NCBI RefSeq assembly: GCF_020745735.1
Contig: NC_083443.1
Location: 33,612,937 to 33,676,936, forward strand
DNA length: 64,000 nt
Direction of reading: 5' to 3'
From: Hemiscyllium ocellatum
Lineage: Eukaryota
Part shown: positions 1 to 12,594 of the stretch, in pieces
How the letters are laid out: every line of letters starts with the position of its first letter
Position numbering within the stretch: the stretch's first letter is position 1
Position numbers and translations under genes: made by a program
The notes under the pieces: generated by a model
Seen by the model: only the letters and a program-made list of their open reading frames with translations
Databases searched by the model: none
Told to the model about the DNA's origin: nothing

Positions 1-991
1 CAGGTCTTCATTCAGCTACTTACCACAGTTATTTCACTTGAGAGTGAGTTCTACTCTTTTGACTAATCCTAGAACAAGTTATTGGTTTTGATGAATCTAT
101 AATTTGGTCCCTTTCAGTTACTTATTTTCCATTGGCTAGTATTGCAATCCAGATAGTCTTATTTCTGTTAATGGATTGATTCTTTAGTCTGCTTCCTAAC
201 TCTTACCAACAGTAGTCAGTCCGACCAACACCCATTCCCAGGCTCAGCACAGACTGACTATTCCTCTGTTTCTTCTAAGGTGTCTGCTTGAGGGTCTTTT
301 GTACAACAGAGAATCAATCTGCTCTCCTGACAGAGGCTTAAGTCCCATTTTACAACACAGAATCAATTGCTTTGTTTCATTGTTTTAAGAATTAACTGCA
401 AATTACTTTATATTTGAATATAGTGCAGTCATTAAGCCTGTTTTACAGAGGTGCTGCATTTGATTATGTGCTGCTGTTATTTGCTGTTCTCCCCTCTGGT
501 GTTTTTTTTGTAGTGATGGGTACTTATGATACTATTAGATTACTTCAAGGTCACTCGTTGGTGGTGAACGGAAGCAGGTCTACAAGGATTGGGTTACTGT
601 AGAAAGTTGCCAGAAGAGTAAGAGTGGGATGGGAATTGTAGTGGCTGAGGGTCAGAAATAGGATGGAGGTAAATTAAGAGAAACGGTCAGAGCATTCACT
701 TGAATATGAGCAATACACCTTGCACAGAGTTGAAATCTGTACCAACTCGCTGCATCTTTACACATGGCCTGAGTTGACAGACTGAGCTAACAGAATCAAG
801 GCCACATTCACTGAGGTAACTTCAGCTGATGGAAGTACAGGTATCACTTCTACCAGTATTAAGTTGGGAGGATATTTAGATTCATCCAGAGTAGTTACAG
901 ATTGTAAGATCAATCATAGGGCTAATGGTGTTGGTAGTGGGAGTTGAGTCTATCTTTGGTATTTTGAGCTAATAATACATTGCCTCGCCAG

Positions 992-1149
992 ATTGGCACA
1001 GAATTCATCCGAGGAATATCCGGAGGAGAGCGGAAACGGTGCAGCATTGGCATGGAGTTAATCACTTCACCCTCCCTCCTCTTCCTGGATGAGCCAACCA
1101 CAGGCCTCGATGCAAATACAGCTGGTTCCATCATGCAGCTGCTTCATGG
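992..1149 (+). CDS. ABCG2: ABCG2-like exon (NBD: ABC signature, Walker B, D-loop); earlier exons lie upstream of the window
   Basis: cag|ATT...GG|gtatgt; [40 protein letters not shown]; 158 bp, same size as the human ABCG2 exon as I recall it. Confidence 0.95.
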
Positions 1150-2479
1150 GTATGTCGTCATGTGACCTTCAACAAATAGGGAAGGAATTCATTCTGTAAT
1201 GTTTATGTATTGTACTCCCCTTATGAATGTGAAAAATTAGTTTAAATTGGCTTGGACCATTCTCAGACAGGAAGGAGGGATGGCTTTCTGCTCCAAACAT
1301 ATCAAGTGACTGAAAGAATAACGACACTCATCACAACTGATTTTTATTTTCAATGATTGCAAATCCCTTCAATGCATTCTATTTGACATATTCTATTCAC
1401 TCTTTGTTTTTATGATTCACTTTCAGTCAAAGGCAATCATTTCACTTTGCCCTCCCTGTAAAATACAATGGACCTGAATTCCTGCTGACATCACATTGAA
1501 TTTACCAATTAATGTCCAAAAGTAGCATCTTCAATCTAATTGTAGAGTTACATGTGTGCCTTAAAGTTTGTCCACATCACTTTACAGTGATATCAGGAAA
1601 ATAAATCAAGTTCTTCCCCAGAGTGAAGGCTATTGGATGTATTTTGAAGGACCTTTTACAGAATGATAAAGCGTTAATAACTTTATCTGATAGCAATCAC
1701 ATATTCTTGGAGTTTTTAACTCTTGCGTTATAATATTCAAAATGCTTGTAGTAACCAAAACATCTTTATTGTGTCCAATGACGCTTACATTATAGTTTCT
1801 TAATGGAATTGAGAGTGGAACTACTGCTTATGTTTACCATGATGGATATAACAAAACTGCATTGCTTTATACACTCTGAATGACTCTGAGTAAATATGGA
1901 CAATAAGCAATGATCAGAACTTAAAGATGTTTCCAATTACATTTCGACAACCTGCAATTCCCTGGCCAGGTGGATGTGGAAGGGATGTTTCCTCTTACTG
2001 GAGAGGGCAGCACTATTTAAAAGCCAGGGGGTCATCATTTGAAACAGATGAGGTGAATCTGTTTCTTCTCAAAGTGAGTCATTGGAACTTCACCCTGAAA
2101 AGGTGGAGGAGTATTTTTCAGGCAGAGATACTTAGATCCTTGTGAAACAAGGGATTGAAAAATTATCAAGGATTAATGGAATGTGGATTTGAAGTTACAA
2201 TCAGATAAACCATGATCTTATTGATGAGCCGGATGGCCACATCCAAGGATCATATTGATGATGGGACCAAGAATATCCCAATAGTCCCTTTCCCTCTTCC
2301 ATCTGGTTTTTATTATTATCACATTGAAATGTGACCATGAGGATTTGGACATGTAAAATGATGGGTTGGATAGTTCAGTTTCAGTGTTGTGCTTCTCTTA
2401 ATTTTAAATGTCCTTGTCTTCCAAATCAACCAAACCATTAAATGACTGAGACTGATAGAAACTGATTTTGTAATTTTAG

Positions 2480-2631
2480 ATTGACCAGACAAGGGAAGAC
2501 CATAATATTCTCAATCCACCAGCCTCGGTATTCTATCTATAAACTGCTGGATTATATAACGTTGATGAGCAAAGGAGACATTGTATATCAAGGTCCAGGT
2601 GCAGAAACTATTGACTACTTTAAAGAGCTTG
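2480..2631 (+). CDS. ABCG2: ABCG2-like exon (H-loop SIHQP)
   Basis: ttttag|A...G|gtaagg; LTRQGKTIIFSIHQPRYSIYKLLDYITLMSKGDIVYQGPG; 152 bp, phase-consistent. Confidence 0.95.
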
Positions 2632-2979
2632 GTAAGGGAATTCCACATAATGTTGGCCTTTAATAAATTTGGGTGGATTAAGACTAATCTGGAGAAGTAT
2701 GTTTCCATTTCTTTGTAACTAAATTATTGTTTGAAGAACTCACAGGTCAGTCAGTGTTTCAAAGTACAAACCAATGCTGGTCTCAGGCTGTGCCCTTTTC
2801 TCTTTCTCCCTGTGTTATCCTTTTATTTACTGAAAGCATGGTTGCTGGGCAGCTGGCATGTATATCTGTGAAGGGGCATTGTCTTCTTAAAATTTCTTAA
2901 ATGTGGCAATTTCATGCAGCGTGGTGTAGGACTGTCAGAGGGTAGCAAACCATGGTCCCAGTTTCACATCAGTCAGGAC

Positions 2980-4023
2980 TATTATGGACCAGACCAAGCA
3001 ATCTGCAAATATATCAAGGAGACAGTCCTCACCCTGACTTTTAACTTATTTAAAGGCAAACGTAAGGTGCTGCATTCCAGATGGGATTCAATTGGTCACA
3101 CTATTCAGCTTTAAGCAAAACAAACTTTATTCGTACACTACAGTTAAAAGTTAAAATACAAGCAGAAGATGAATTGGTATAACTTTATTGGAAAACTTAA
3201 CAGGACAATAGATTATTTATCTGCTAAACAGCAACTGTTCCAATATAGTTACAGCCCATGAACACACCCTTGGCAAAGGCAAAGTCAATAAAACAGATTG
3301 CCCCACACGTGATTCTGGCAACAGAGAGAACACACAAGCTTTTAGCTGTAACAGAGAGATGTCATAGAGGCATAGAGATGTACAGGATGGAAACAGACCC
3401 TTCGGTCCAACTCGTCCATGTCGACCAGATATCCCAACCCAATCTATTCCACCCGCCGGCATCTGGCCCATATCCCTCCAAACCCTTCCTATTCATATAC
3501 CCATCCAAATGCCTCTTAAATTTTGCAATTGTACCAGCCTCCACCACTTCCTCTGGCAGCTCATTCCATACACGTACCACCCTCTGCATGAAAACGTTGC
3601 CCCGTAGGTCTCTTTTATATCTTTCCCCTCTCACTCTAAACCTATGCCCTCTAGTTCTGGACTCCCTGACCCCAGGGAAAAAACTTTGTATATTTAGCCG
3701 ATTCATGCCCCTCATAATTTTGTAAACCTCTATAAGGTCACCCCTCAGCCTCCGACGCTCCAGGGAAAACAGCCTGTTCAGCCTCCCCCTGTAGCTCAAA
3801 TCCTCCAACTCTAGCCAACTTCAAAACCCCATCAACTGTTGAAAGCTAAACTAAAACCTTGGTTCTGTGGGAGCCTGACTCCACCCATTCATACGCTTCT
3901 ATTGTTCCAACTTATATCTAAAAAAACCCCAAAGCCTCACAAGCTACTGGAACAGGCCACCCAGCTCCTCTGACTCAATCCCTCTTCAGAAAATACTCCT
4001 CTTAAAGCCATAGTATCATCATA
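2980..4023 (-). mobile_element. solo LTR-like element interrupted by a CR1 fragment
   Basis: shares its start (T(G/A)TTATGGACC) and internal blocks with 7180-7847, and inverted similarity with 20786-21727; TTTATT (polyA signal on -) near 3126. Confidence 0.6.
3361..3808 (-). mobile_element. CR1/HER1 LINE 3' fragment
   Basis: ORF LFSLERRRLRGDLIEVYKIMRG...FMQRVVRVWNELP (CR1 ORF2 C-terminus) plus a CTCTATG-type tail. Confidence 0.92.
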
Positions 4024-5112
4024 GTTGCTGTATTCTGAAACCCAAAGGTTGAGAATCCTAAACAGTCACTTTGACAAGTGCTATCAAAGGGTAAGTACAT
4101 AAAGTAAGTGTGAAGGTCCTGAGAGGGTAAGCTGCCAGATAGTTAAGGGATAGATACCAGGTGGGCACCAAGAGAATAAGGAGCTGAGTGGGTAGGGGTT
4201 ATGGTGGCAGGGGATCAGGTGCCGACTGGGTTGGGTGCCAAGTGAATTGAATGGCAGGTAAGTGTTACCTATTCAGTCCAAGGGGACAGGTTGTCAAGGC
4301 GGGCAGGTATGTGATGGAATTTCTAGGATAGGTATTAGTGGGTGAAAGGTACCAGATGCATGGGAGGGGGTGGAGTACTGCGTGGTGATGACAAGAGAAG
4401 GTCCAAACTGGTGCCAGGGAAGACAAACTTGTGTCCAGATGCAGGGGAGGGCAGGCACTGGGTCCTGGGGCATCAGAGACTGGTCCTGGGTCTGGAGAGA
4501 GTGAGGGAGTGATAGGTTCAGATGGAAGGTGAGCTGTGGACTCTCACGGGGCTGGATCCTGAAGGGATGCTGAGTCTGGGGTGTAAGAGATCTGTGAAAT
4601 TTGGGGTGTGTGAGGTGATTCAGAAGTGAGTTAAATAGTTACTCAGACGTTAGACAAAGTATTTAATCATCTAACATTTCCTGCCTAACTATTTACTTAA
4701 CTGCTGTGGACCCAACTGAATTCTCCGATTTAAATAGATGTTTTTGGAGGATTCCAGGTATAGGGAAGTTACTCATCAGCATCTCCAAATTGTAAGGAAT
4801 ATGTTTGGGAATTGTTACATCAGGGATTCCACAATGTCCCTGTGTGTAATTGTCACCTGCAGAAACTGTAATCTGTCCAGCAAAAAATCTGAGCCATTAA
4901 ATCCAATTTCTTGTTTCGGACAAGGGCAATACATTAGAGATAGCAGAGAGGAGAAATAGGGAGGATAGCTTTCACCCAAGGGGTAATGGAAATCTGAAAC
5001 TCACTGTCAAAAACGTTTGTAGGATTTAAACAATATTTAGATAGTCACTTGAATTGCCATAGCCTCCAGAGGTATGTGTTAAAAGCTAGAAAATGGGATT
5101 AGTAAAGTCAAA

Positions 5113-5269
5113 ACAACAACAAAATACTGGAGAAATCAGCAGGTCTAGCATCTGTGGAGGGTACTGGGGAAGGGTCACTGGACTTGAAATGTTAAGTCTC
5201 TCCACAGATGCTGCCAGACCTGCTGAGTTTCTGTTTCAGACTTCCAGCATCTGCAGTTCTTCGTTTACT
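5113..5269. mobile_element. Penelope-like fold-back mini-element (family C), inserted in a decayed CR1 tail
   Basis: inverted arms (cagcaggtct..gcatctgtggag / ctccacagatgctgccagacctgctg); TSD TTAGTAAAGTCAAA at 5099-5112 and 5270-5283. Confidence 0.7.
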
Positions 5270-6106
5270 TTAGTAAAGTCAAATCTTTGTTAATTGGTGC
5301 AGACATAAGGAGTTGAGTGGCCTCTTTCTGTCCTATAAACATCTATGAGTTTCAAAGGGCAGTTTTGCAAATGTGACTTAAATAAATGCAGAATTGTTTG
5401 TGGCATTAGCCATATTAAAGTGAATCTATTTCAGATCTTTCTGGATTTTAATTAATTATCAACCTTGAAATATGATATAGAAATCAGAATAGTGACTGCG
5501 TTATCCAATTGCCTAAATACCACTGCAATCCATTGATTCTCATAACAAATCATCCTTCAACCTGAGCAGATTCACTTACTGCTAAATGAGGATTTCGGAT
5601 TGCGATACTTAATACATTTCACCAAATAAGTGAAAGGAAGCAACTGATTAATCATTTAAAGTGGTCAGCAGCCTGACTATCTATTCTAGGAGGCCAGCAC
5701 CAAGCTTCCCAAATAGAACCAAAGCAAAAATCGACTCGAGGTAAAAACTGGTTTTCATAAAGTGGATTTGAGCCCCATCTCTATAAAATAACTATCTATC
5801 AATTCACTTTTCACCCTATCACAGATTTTCTCTTTTGTTCCCACCCCACCCCTTTCCTTGCTTGTACTTCCCCTGTTTAAAACCTTTGGCGTCTATTAAT
5901 TTTTAAAAAGTTCTTAATGAAAGGTTATTGACTTTAATCATTAATGCTGTTTTTCTCTCCAAGTGCTGTTGAGCATTTCCAATATTTTCTGTCATTTTGT
6001 TTTAGATTTTCAGTACTTGCAGAGTCTTGCTTCTGTACTGATACTCATATTGGCTTTCCAGTCTGTACTGTCGCTGTATTAATATTGGTAAATTGTTCAT
6101 CCATAG

Positions 6107-6193
6107 GATATCAATGTGAGCCTTACAACAACCCCTCTGATTTCTTCTTGGATGTTATTAGTGAAGCATCATGCCTTGAAACTCCAAATCCAG
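6107..6193 (+). CDS. ABCG2: ABCG2-like exon (NPxDF motif)
   Basis: catag|GA...G|gtatca; YQCEPYNNPSDFFLDVIS; 87 bp. Confidence 0.9.
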
Positions 6194-6439
6194 GTATCAT
6201 CAATGATCAGACTTTATTAATGATTGTCTTTCAGTTGCATTGTAGGTTTGGGGACACTGGTGTAGTGTGTAGTGGTAATGTCACTGGACAAGTAATCTAG
6301 ACCTCAAGGCTGACATTCTGTGCGTACAGGTTTCAATCTTAAAAGGAATCGAAGGCAGTCGGTGTATGGAAGTTCTGTTGTCATTGTCACCAATAGTGCA
6401 GTCACTGTATTATCTAAATATCTTTCTTTTTTATTAAAG

Positions 6440-6624
6440 AGGTTGTGGTCACTTCTCAGCAAGCCATGGATCCCAGCACAGAAAAGAATATCTTGACCCA
6501 ACATTTTCAACAGTCTAAGTATTATGACCAAATCAATAATGAACTCAAGTCCTTATCTGTGCCAAATGTCTCAAAGTTTTCAACGCAAGTAAAACATTCA
6601 TACGCTACTCCTTTCTGGTATCAG
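6440..6624 (+). CDS. ABCG2: ABCG2-like exon (NBD-TMD linker)
   Basis: pyrimidine tract + aaag|AG...CAG|gtaggt; ...QSKYYDQINNELKSL...SYATPFWYQ; 185 bp. Confidence 0.85.
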
Positions 6625-7179
6625 GTAGGTACAAATGTCTTTGTGTTTTTCTTGATAAGGGTAATCATTAAATTCAACAGGTAATAGCTAACATTCAAGT
6701 CCAAATGTATTGGAGACATTGTTGATAGGATTTCTCTTGCGCTCTGTGTGTTACAGCCAACATGTCACTGCAGGACAGCGGCGCAGTGGTGACAACTGCT
6801 CTCTATGTTTTTTTTGTGGTGGAGGTCTTTGTTGTCAAAGGTAGAGCTAGCCCAGCTATCTGGTGTTGATATCCCTCATAAATGGCCTCCTTCAGGGAGA
6901 GGTGGCTGCTAAAGTATGGGATGTGCTCACTATTTTATAGAATTGCTCCTTCAACAGGTAGGGAAGGAGAAATATACGTCTGACCAGAATTGAACTGAGA
7001 TTTGTTTTGGCAATGTTCAAGTACAGGCCAAGTATTTTCAATGCAGAATGGAAGAGTTTTTAAGAGTGGCTTGAAAATTTTGTACAGTGGGCAATAACAC
7101 AACAGTCATCCCCAACCACTGTTTGTGTATATTTAAGGTGGTAAGTTCAGTTCTGAGATGGAGGTGACAGGTGACTAAG

Positions 7180-7847
7180 TGTTATGGACCAAGCTAGAGC
7201 ACCCCCCCCCACACCCAGCCTCCCGCCCCCCCCCCCCCCCCCACCCCCCTACTTCCCTGCAAAGTATGTGAAGAAAGTAGCCCAGACCCTAACTTTGCTA
7301 GTTGTTTTAAGCAGGTGTACTGTGGATATTCCATGAGGGATGCAGCGGTCAAACCACTTCATTTTACACAAAACTGAATTGATTTACAAGATTACTGAAT
7401 GAAACACAAACAACAGAAAACAGAATGCCAAATAACTTAATCTCTCCGAAAACCCAACAGATCATCCCAACTTAATGATGCTGTTCCAAGTACTTGCAAC
7501 AATCCCATAAATATCCCTTGGTACAAAAGATAAAATCAAACACAGGATTTTACGGGAGAGAGTACCAGCCTGGAGCTGCTCCTTTGAGTCCAGCAACTTT
7601 TTCACAGTACTGTTCAAACCAAACCAGAGAAAAGCTAAGCTGGGAGAACTCGTCACTTACCTTTAATTGTACAAATACTTTTTCTTTAACTTGAAAGCCC
7701 TCTGCTTGAGGCAGTATCTGTTAGCTATTATCAAATTTGCCTAAAACCCTTCAATCCCCAGACTTTTCAGAGGCTGTGTAGTTTAGGACTTCTCTTAAAA
7801 AAAACCCAAGGACAACATAACCTTGTTAAAGGAGCAGCTTTGCCACA
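7180..7847 (-). mobile_element. solo LTR (possibly Gypsy-type)
   Basis: TG...CA ends; near-perfect 4-bp TSD TAAG/TGAG; homologous to 2980-4023. Confidence 0.65.
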
Positions 7848-8759
7848 TGAGGTCAAAGAGCTTTCCATCTAGGTAGTATTTAATATTTGTATTAATCAAT
7901 GTTTTCAGATATATCTTATCCTATGTCTTATGATCTTTTGTATAGCCACTGTCAGGTGGATACACTGCATGGGGGCTTCACCCACCAGCCTGCTTGTCAT
8001 TGGTTTGGATTTTGAAGGCAGTTGTTTCATTTCTCCCTCAGGACTGTTAATGTGATGTCAGCATGAAGCAACTGTAACTTTGTGGTAAAAGTTTCTCAGA
8101 CATCCAGATCTTTGAAACAAAATCCATTGAAACAAAATCCACAGTGTCCTGTGATGATTGAGTCAGATGCTCTGATCAAATCAATGAATACAATGAAAAG
8201 TTCCAGGTATTGGTCTGGACATGTTTTCTTTGAAGTTTTCTTCAATCAAAAACCAAACAAACATTAATGCCTCCCTTGAAGTCAGTGCTGCAAACACCTG
8301 CAAAATCAACTTTGATTTACCTGGATGACCAGGGACCCACTTCCTCAACTCTCCAGAAAACCAGCATTCAGGGAATGCTGAATGAAAGTACTTCAAAGTC
8401 TCTCTTGTTGAGCCATTGGACTTAGCGATTGCTGCCGATTGTTCATAATGGCAACAACTGGCCCATCAAGGTGCATCCCATTTTAAAACATAATGTTCAA
8501 ATGACAAAATACAACAGAAGCGAAGATAAGGGAAGGAACCAGTTTCTCTTCTCTGGATCTGACTATGGGTCAATAACTGGCTTGTTCAGTGCCAAGATAT
8601 TCCATCACAGAAATCTGTGACCCTGAGTACACATCCTCCTCAAAATGAAGGATTGCCAATGACAACATGTAACAGATATTTGGAGAAGTACTTAGTTCAA
8701 CCAGTGCTGCTCAAACTGATTATTGTACATTTATAATGTTTGTGATTACTTCATTCAAT

Positions 8760-9071
8760 CTAGATTCCCTACAATGTGGTAGCAGGCCCTTCATCCCAAC
8801 CAGTCCACACCCACTCTCCGAAAAATAACCCACCCAGACCCGTCCCCCTCTGACTAATGCACCTAACACTATGGGCAATCTAGCATGGCCGATTCACCTG
8901 ACTTGCACATCTTTGGACTGTAGGAGGAAATCGGAGCACCTGGAGGAAACCCAGGCAGACACTGGGAAAATGTGTAAACTCCACACAGTCAGACACCTGA
9001 GGCTAGAATTGAACCTGGGACCCTAGCACTGTAAGGCAGCAGTGCTAACCACTGAGCCACTGTGTCACCCC
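8760..9071 (-). mobile_element. HE1-type tRNA-derived V-SINE
   Basis: reverse-complement match to the 46034-46340 SINE, including the tRNA head and CR1-like tail. Confidence 0.88.
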
Positions 9072-9865
9072 AACAAAAGTCATCAGCTAAAGTCAGTTAA
9101 TTCCCCAAAGCTGCACAAAATAGTTTTTGTCTTCACTTAGGCACTAGCCTGAGATTAACATTGACAATAACCATTACACCAGCAATTACATTTCAAAGTA
9201 TTTTATTGCTTGTAAAGTACTTCGGGAATATCTCAGTGTTATAAAAGTCTCACAGGAAAACAAGTCTTGTCTTTTTCTGAGGAGTTAGTGGTTTTATGGG
9301 AGAGTTGTTAGCTATAGCCATGACTACAGTGAGACGATTACAATTCATGGTTTTGTGACAACTCCAATTCAGGAATTGAGATGAACTTTATTACCATTAG
9401 AATGTGGAATTCACCATTACAGAGAGTGGTTGAGCATAACTGCGTTTCAGGGTCAGTTGGCTAAGCATGAGGGAGAAATGAAAGGAGTTTGGATAAAGTA
9501 ATGTGGGTGGAGGCTTGTGTGAATCATAAGCACCAACAGGTATCAGCTGTTTCTGTGCTGAAGTATTGCTTATAACTGGATGCTGGGCTGAGATTGATAT
9601 CAAGGAGTTTTCTGTTCACTCACTGACTTGTAGCAGTGACTGTGATTTCCAGTTTAATTGTGGAAATCAGCTCACCCTCCCTTTCAACCTAGAGATTGAA
9701 GATGGGTGACAGAGAAATTTCTATCTGTCACTCCCTATCTTTCTGAGGCACAGAGAGTGAGCAGTGCTCTCTCGGGAACAGTGTGAAATGCTCTGTTATA
9801 GTTTAAAATCTGAGACCAGGGATTTGCAGTCAAGAGTTGAGCCAGTTCTACAAGAACTGAGATGG

Positions 9866-10160
9866 TGGTGTAGTGGTCATGTCACTGGATTAATAATCCA
9901 AACTAATGTTGCAAAGACATGGGGTCAAATGTTACAAGGGTGGCTGATGGAAATTAAAATAGATTGACAAATCTGCAATTTAAAGCTAGTCTCAGTACAG
10001 ATACCATGAAACGATAACTAATTCTTTTTTAAAAAACCATCTGATTAATTTAGGTCCTTTTTAGTGAAGGAAATCTGTCATTCTCACCTGGTCTGGCCTG
10101 AACTTGGCTCTGAAATGGCTGAGCAATTATCCACTTCCAAGGCAGTCAGGGCCAGGCAAC
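9866..10160 (+). mobile_element. Deu-domain SINE (SacSINE1-like), decayed
   Basis: head ggtgtagtggtcatgtcactgga; core gaaggaaatctg..ctcacctggtctggcct; inverted relatives at about 40100-40300 and 60320-60660. Confidence 0.6.
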
Positions 10161-10184
10161 AAACAAAAAAAGTTGTGTTTTTAT

Positions 10185-10531
10185 TCACCTGAGGAAGGAG
10201 CAGCGCTCCGAAAACTTGTGATTTCACATAAATCTGTTGGACTATAATCTGGTGTCGAAAGTATGGTGCTGGAAAAGCACAGCAGGTCAGGAAGCATCCG
10301 AGGAGCAGGAAAATCGATGTTTTGGGCAAAAGCCCTTCCATAGGAATTCCATAGAAGAAGGGCTTTTGCCCAAAACGTCGATTTTCGTGCTCCTCGGATG
10401 CTTCCTGACCTGCTGTGCTTTACCAGCACCACACTCTCGACTCTAATCTCCAGCATTTGCAGTCTCCACTTTCACCTATAATCTGGTGTTGTATGACTTC
10501 TGACTTTATCCACCCCAGTCCAGCACTGACA
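10185..10531 (+). mobile_element. Penelope-like family B element with a nested family A fold-back element (10256-10475)
   Basis: hammerhead-like core at 10189-10217; inner palindrome centred on GGAATTCC (10343-10350); TSD CTATAATCTGGTGT at 10242-10255 and 10476-10489. Confidence 0.8.
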
Positions 10532-10876
10532 CTTGTGTCTTTATTGATCTACATAGAGGAGGAGCATGGAAATTGATTGTTGTCAATGTGGAAATTACAT
10601 ACTGATCATTCACATATATGCAAATAAACTAATGATCTTCAGAGAATATTTCTTCCCCCAGCTATGTGAAAAAGTTCACCTGACAGGGTTCAGTAAGGGT
10701 TTTCTATTACAGTCTGCTAACTAATTTCAATGTTTATATGTATTTAACACTCTACTAGTGCAGTCCAGGTAGTAGGAACCAAGAGTACCATTTATGGGAG
10801 TGATCAATGTATGACACCAAGGAGAATATTAATTGCAAACTAACGTGATAAACAGGATTATTATTTATACAAAAAT

Positions 10877-11150
10877 AAAACTAAAGAACTGCAGATGCTG
10901 AAAATTAAAAATAAATTGCTGCAGAAATTCAGCAGGTCTGGCAACATTGCAGAGAAGGAAAACAGAGTGAATGTTTTGGGCTCAGGGACCATTCATCAGA
11001 ACTTGTTGAGAACAAATGTTGAAAAATGTGATGCTGGAAAAACACAGCAGGCCAGGCAGCATCCGAGGAGCAGGAGAATCGACGTTTCGGGCATAAGCCC
11101 TTCTTCAGGAATCAAATACTGCTGAGTTTCTCCAGCAGTTTCTGTTTGTC
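10877..11150 (-). mobile_element. Penelope-like family C element with a nested family A arm
   Basis: homology to the other copies; intact hammerhead core on - at 11081-11108. Confidence 0.7.
11077..11112 (-). ncRNA. minimal type-I hammerhead ribozyme motif
   Basis: on -: CUGAAGA-A-GGGC(UUAU)GCCC-GAAA-CG-UC; stem I short. Confidence 0.6.
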
Positions 11151-11214
11151 ATTGCTTGTACATTTTCTTGTTGAATTTAGTCACAGCATGCATTATTTCT
11201 TCTCATACTTTCAG

Positions 11215-11366
11215 CTATACATCATGTGTAACAGAACCATGAAAAACCTTTGCAGAAATCCTCAGACCTCAGTGGTTCAAGTGTTCATGATGATAACCTT
11301 TGGAATCTTGAATGGTCTGATATATTATCAAATACCAGACACAATGCCAGAGGCTTTGCAGAACAG
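11215..11366 (+). CDS. ABCG2: ABCG2-like exon (elbow helix, TM1)
   Basis: tttcag|CTA...AG|gtggga; LYIMCNRTMKNLCRNPQTSVVQVFMMITFGILNGLIYYQIPDTMPEALQNR. Confidence 0.92.
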
Positions 11367-12400
11367 GTGGGAAAGACCAGGAAGCGCTGTTGCCAGAAGT
11401 TATCGCGTGTTTAGCATTCAATATTATGAATTATGGACTTTCTGATTGGGAAGCATTTTGGTATTTTAATTCTCTGTTTAACTCTATTCAGTTTTCATGT
11501 GTTGTATACCGATAGCTCAATGGATAAAACATTCCAGAGCAGTAATGTGTAGTCTTCCCCTCCACACCCACTCAGGGATAGGTGAGATTGACTGTGTGTG
11601 TGATTTAATCTTGTCTTTTGGAAACTGTCTATTCATTGCTCTGAGTTTCCTCTTAGTGAGTGAGAGATCATGAACTTAGCAGATAGTAGAGGTTCAGGAT
11701 GGACTCATTGGGCTGAATGGCCGTATATTGAACCATATTAACTCTGCGACCCCAGGTAGTGAACTGTAAGTGCAAAACAATGGATGGGCTGTGACTTAAA
11801 TGTCCAGTTAATTACTTTTTGAGTCAGTTGTCAGCTGTCACAGTGACTCCACCATTCCATATTTACAACCTTTCCCCATGACAGAAGTGCAGCCAAGATC
11901 CAAATGGACCATAAATATGAAACTGTGACAGTACAAAAACAAAATCCTGTCACTGTTGTAAGTCTGGGATTAAGAAAGGGGAAGAGTAGGAGGTCAGAGG
12001 AAGAATCTGTTATTCATGGAGAAGACACCTGGTCAAAGATGGAGGTGGGAAGAGGTGCAAGGGTGAATATGATAGAAATCTCAACAATATAATGAGTTGA
12101 AAATTCATTGAGGTGGAGGTTGTAAAGGAATGAAGATGGGGCATTGCCAAAGGATCGATTGTCCAGGGTCAGAGAGGGGGAAGTCTGGAGGGAATAGTGA
12201 AACCATAACAAGGATGAGATTAAAAGAAGGGATAGAGTCAGAGGAAAGTGAACAAAGCAGAAAAGTGACTTTAGTGTCCATTGTCCCAGCAATAGTTTAT
12301 TGTATTGATGTGATGTACTGCACTTGGTGTATACATTTACAGAAACTTCTCTATCAAAATGCTACCTGCTCCTAACTCTCTTGTACAATTTTGATTTCAG

Positions 12401-12490
12401 AATTGGCGCATTCTTCTTCTTGATAATCAATCAGGTTTTTGGCAATCTTTCAGCTGTGGAAATCTTCATACAAGAAAAGGCACTCTTTTT
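12401..12490 (+). CDS. ABCG2: ABCG2-like exon (TM2)
   Basis: tttcag|A...TT|gtaagc; IGAFFFLIINQVFGNLSAVEIFIQEKALF; 90 bp; absent from the ORF track. Confidence 0.93.
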
Positions 12491-12594
12491 GTAAGCAGCT
12501 AAGTGTTTTGATTTTGAATATTTAACAAATGAATTAAATGGGTTGGGGGTGGTTACTGATTTAGAGTCTGCACCAACCTGTAAGAACTACCTGA

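Noticed and set aside
3258-3725. 155-aa + strand ORF and overlapping ORFs
   Set aside because: Antisense or alternative frames of a CR1 fragment and LTR.
4120-4620. G-rich purine-skewed tract as a regulatory G-quadruplex or switch-like region
   Set aside because: No regular periodicity; probably a low-complexity part of an old repeat, and no function can be supported.
6194-6201. U12-type intron donor
   Set aside because: GTATCATC does not match GTATCCTT; an ordinary U2 intron is more likely.
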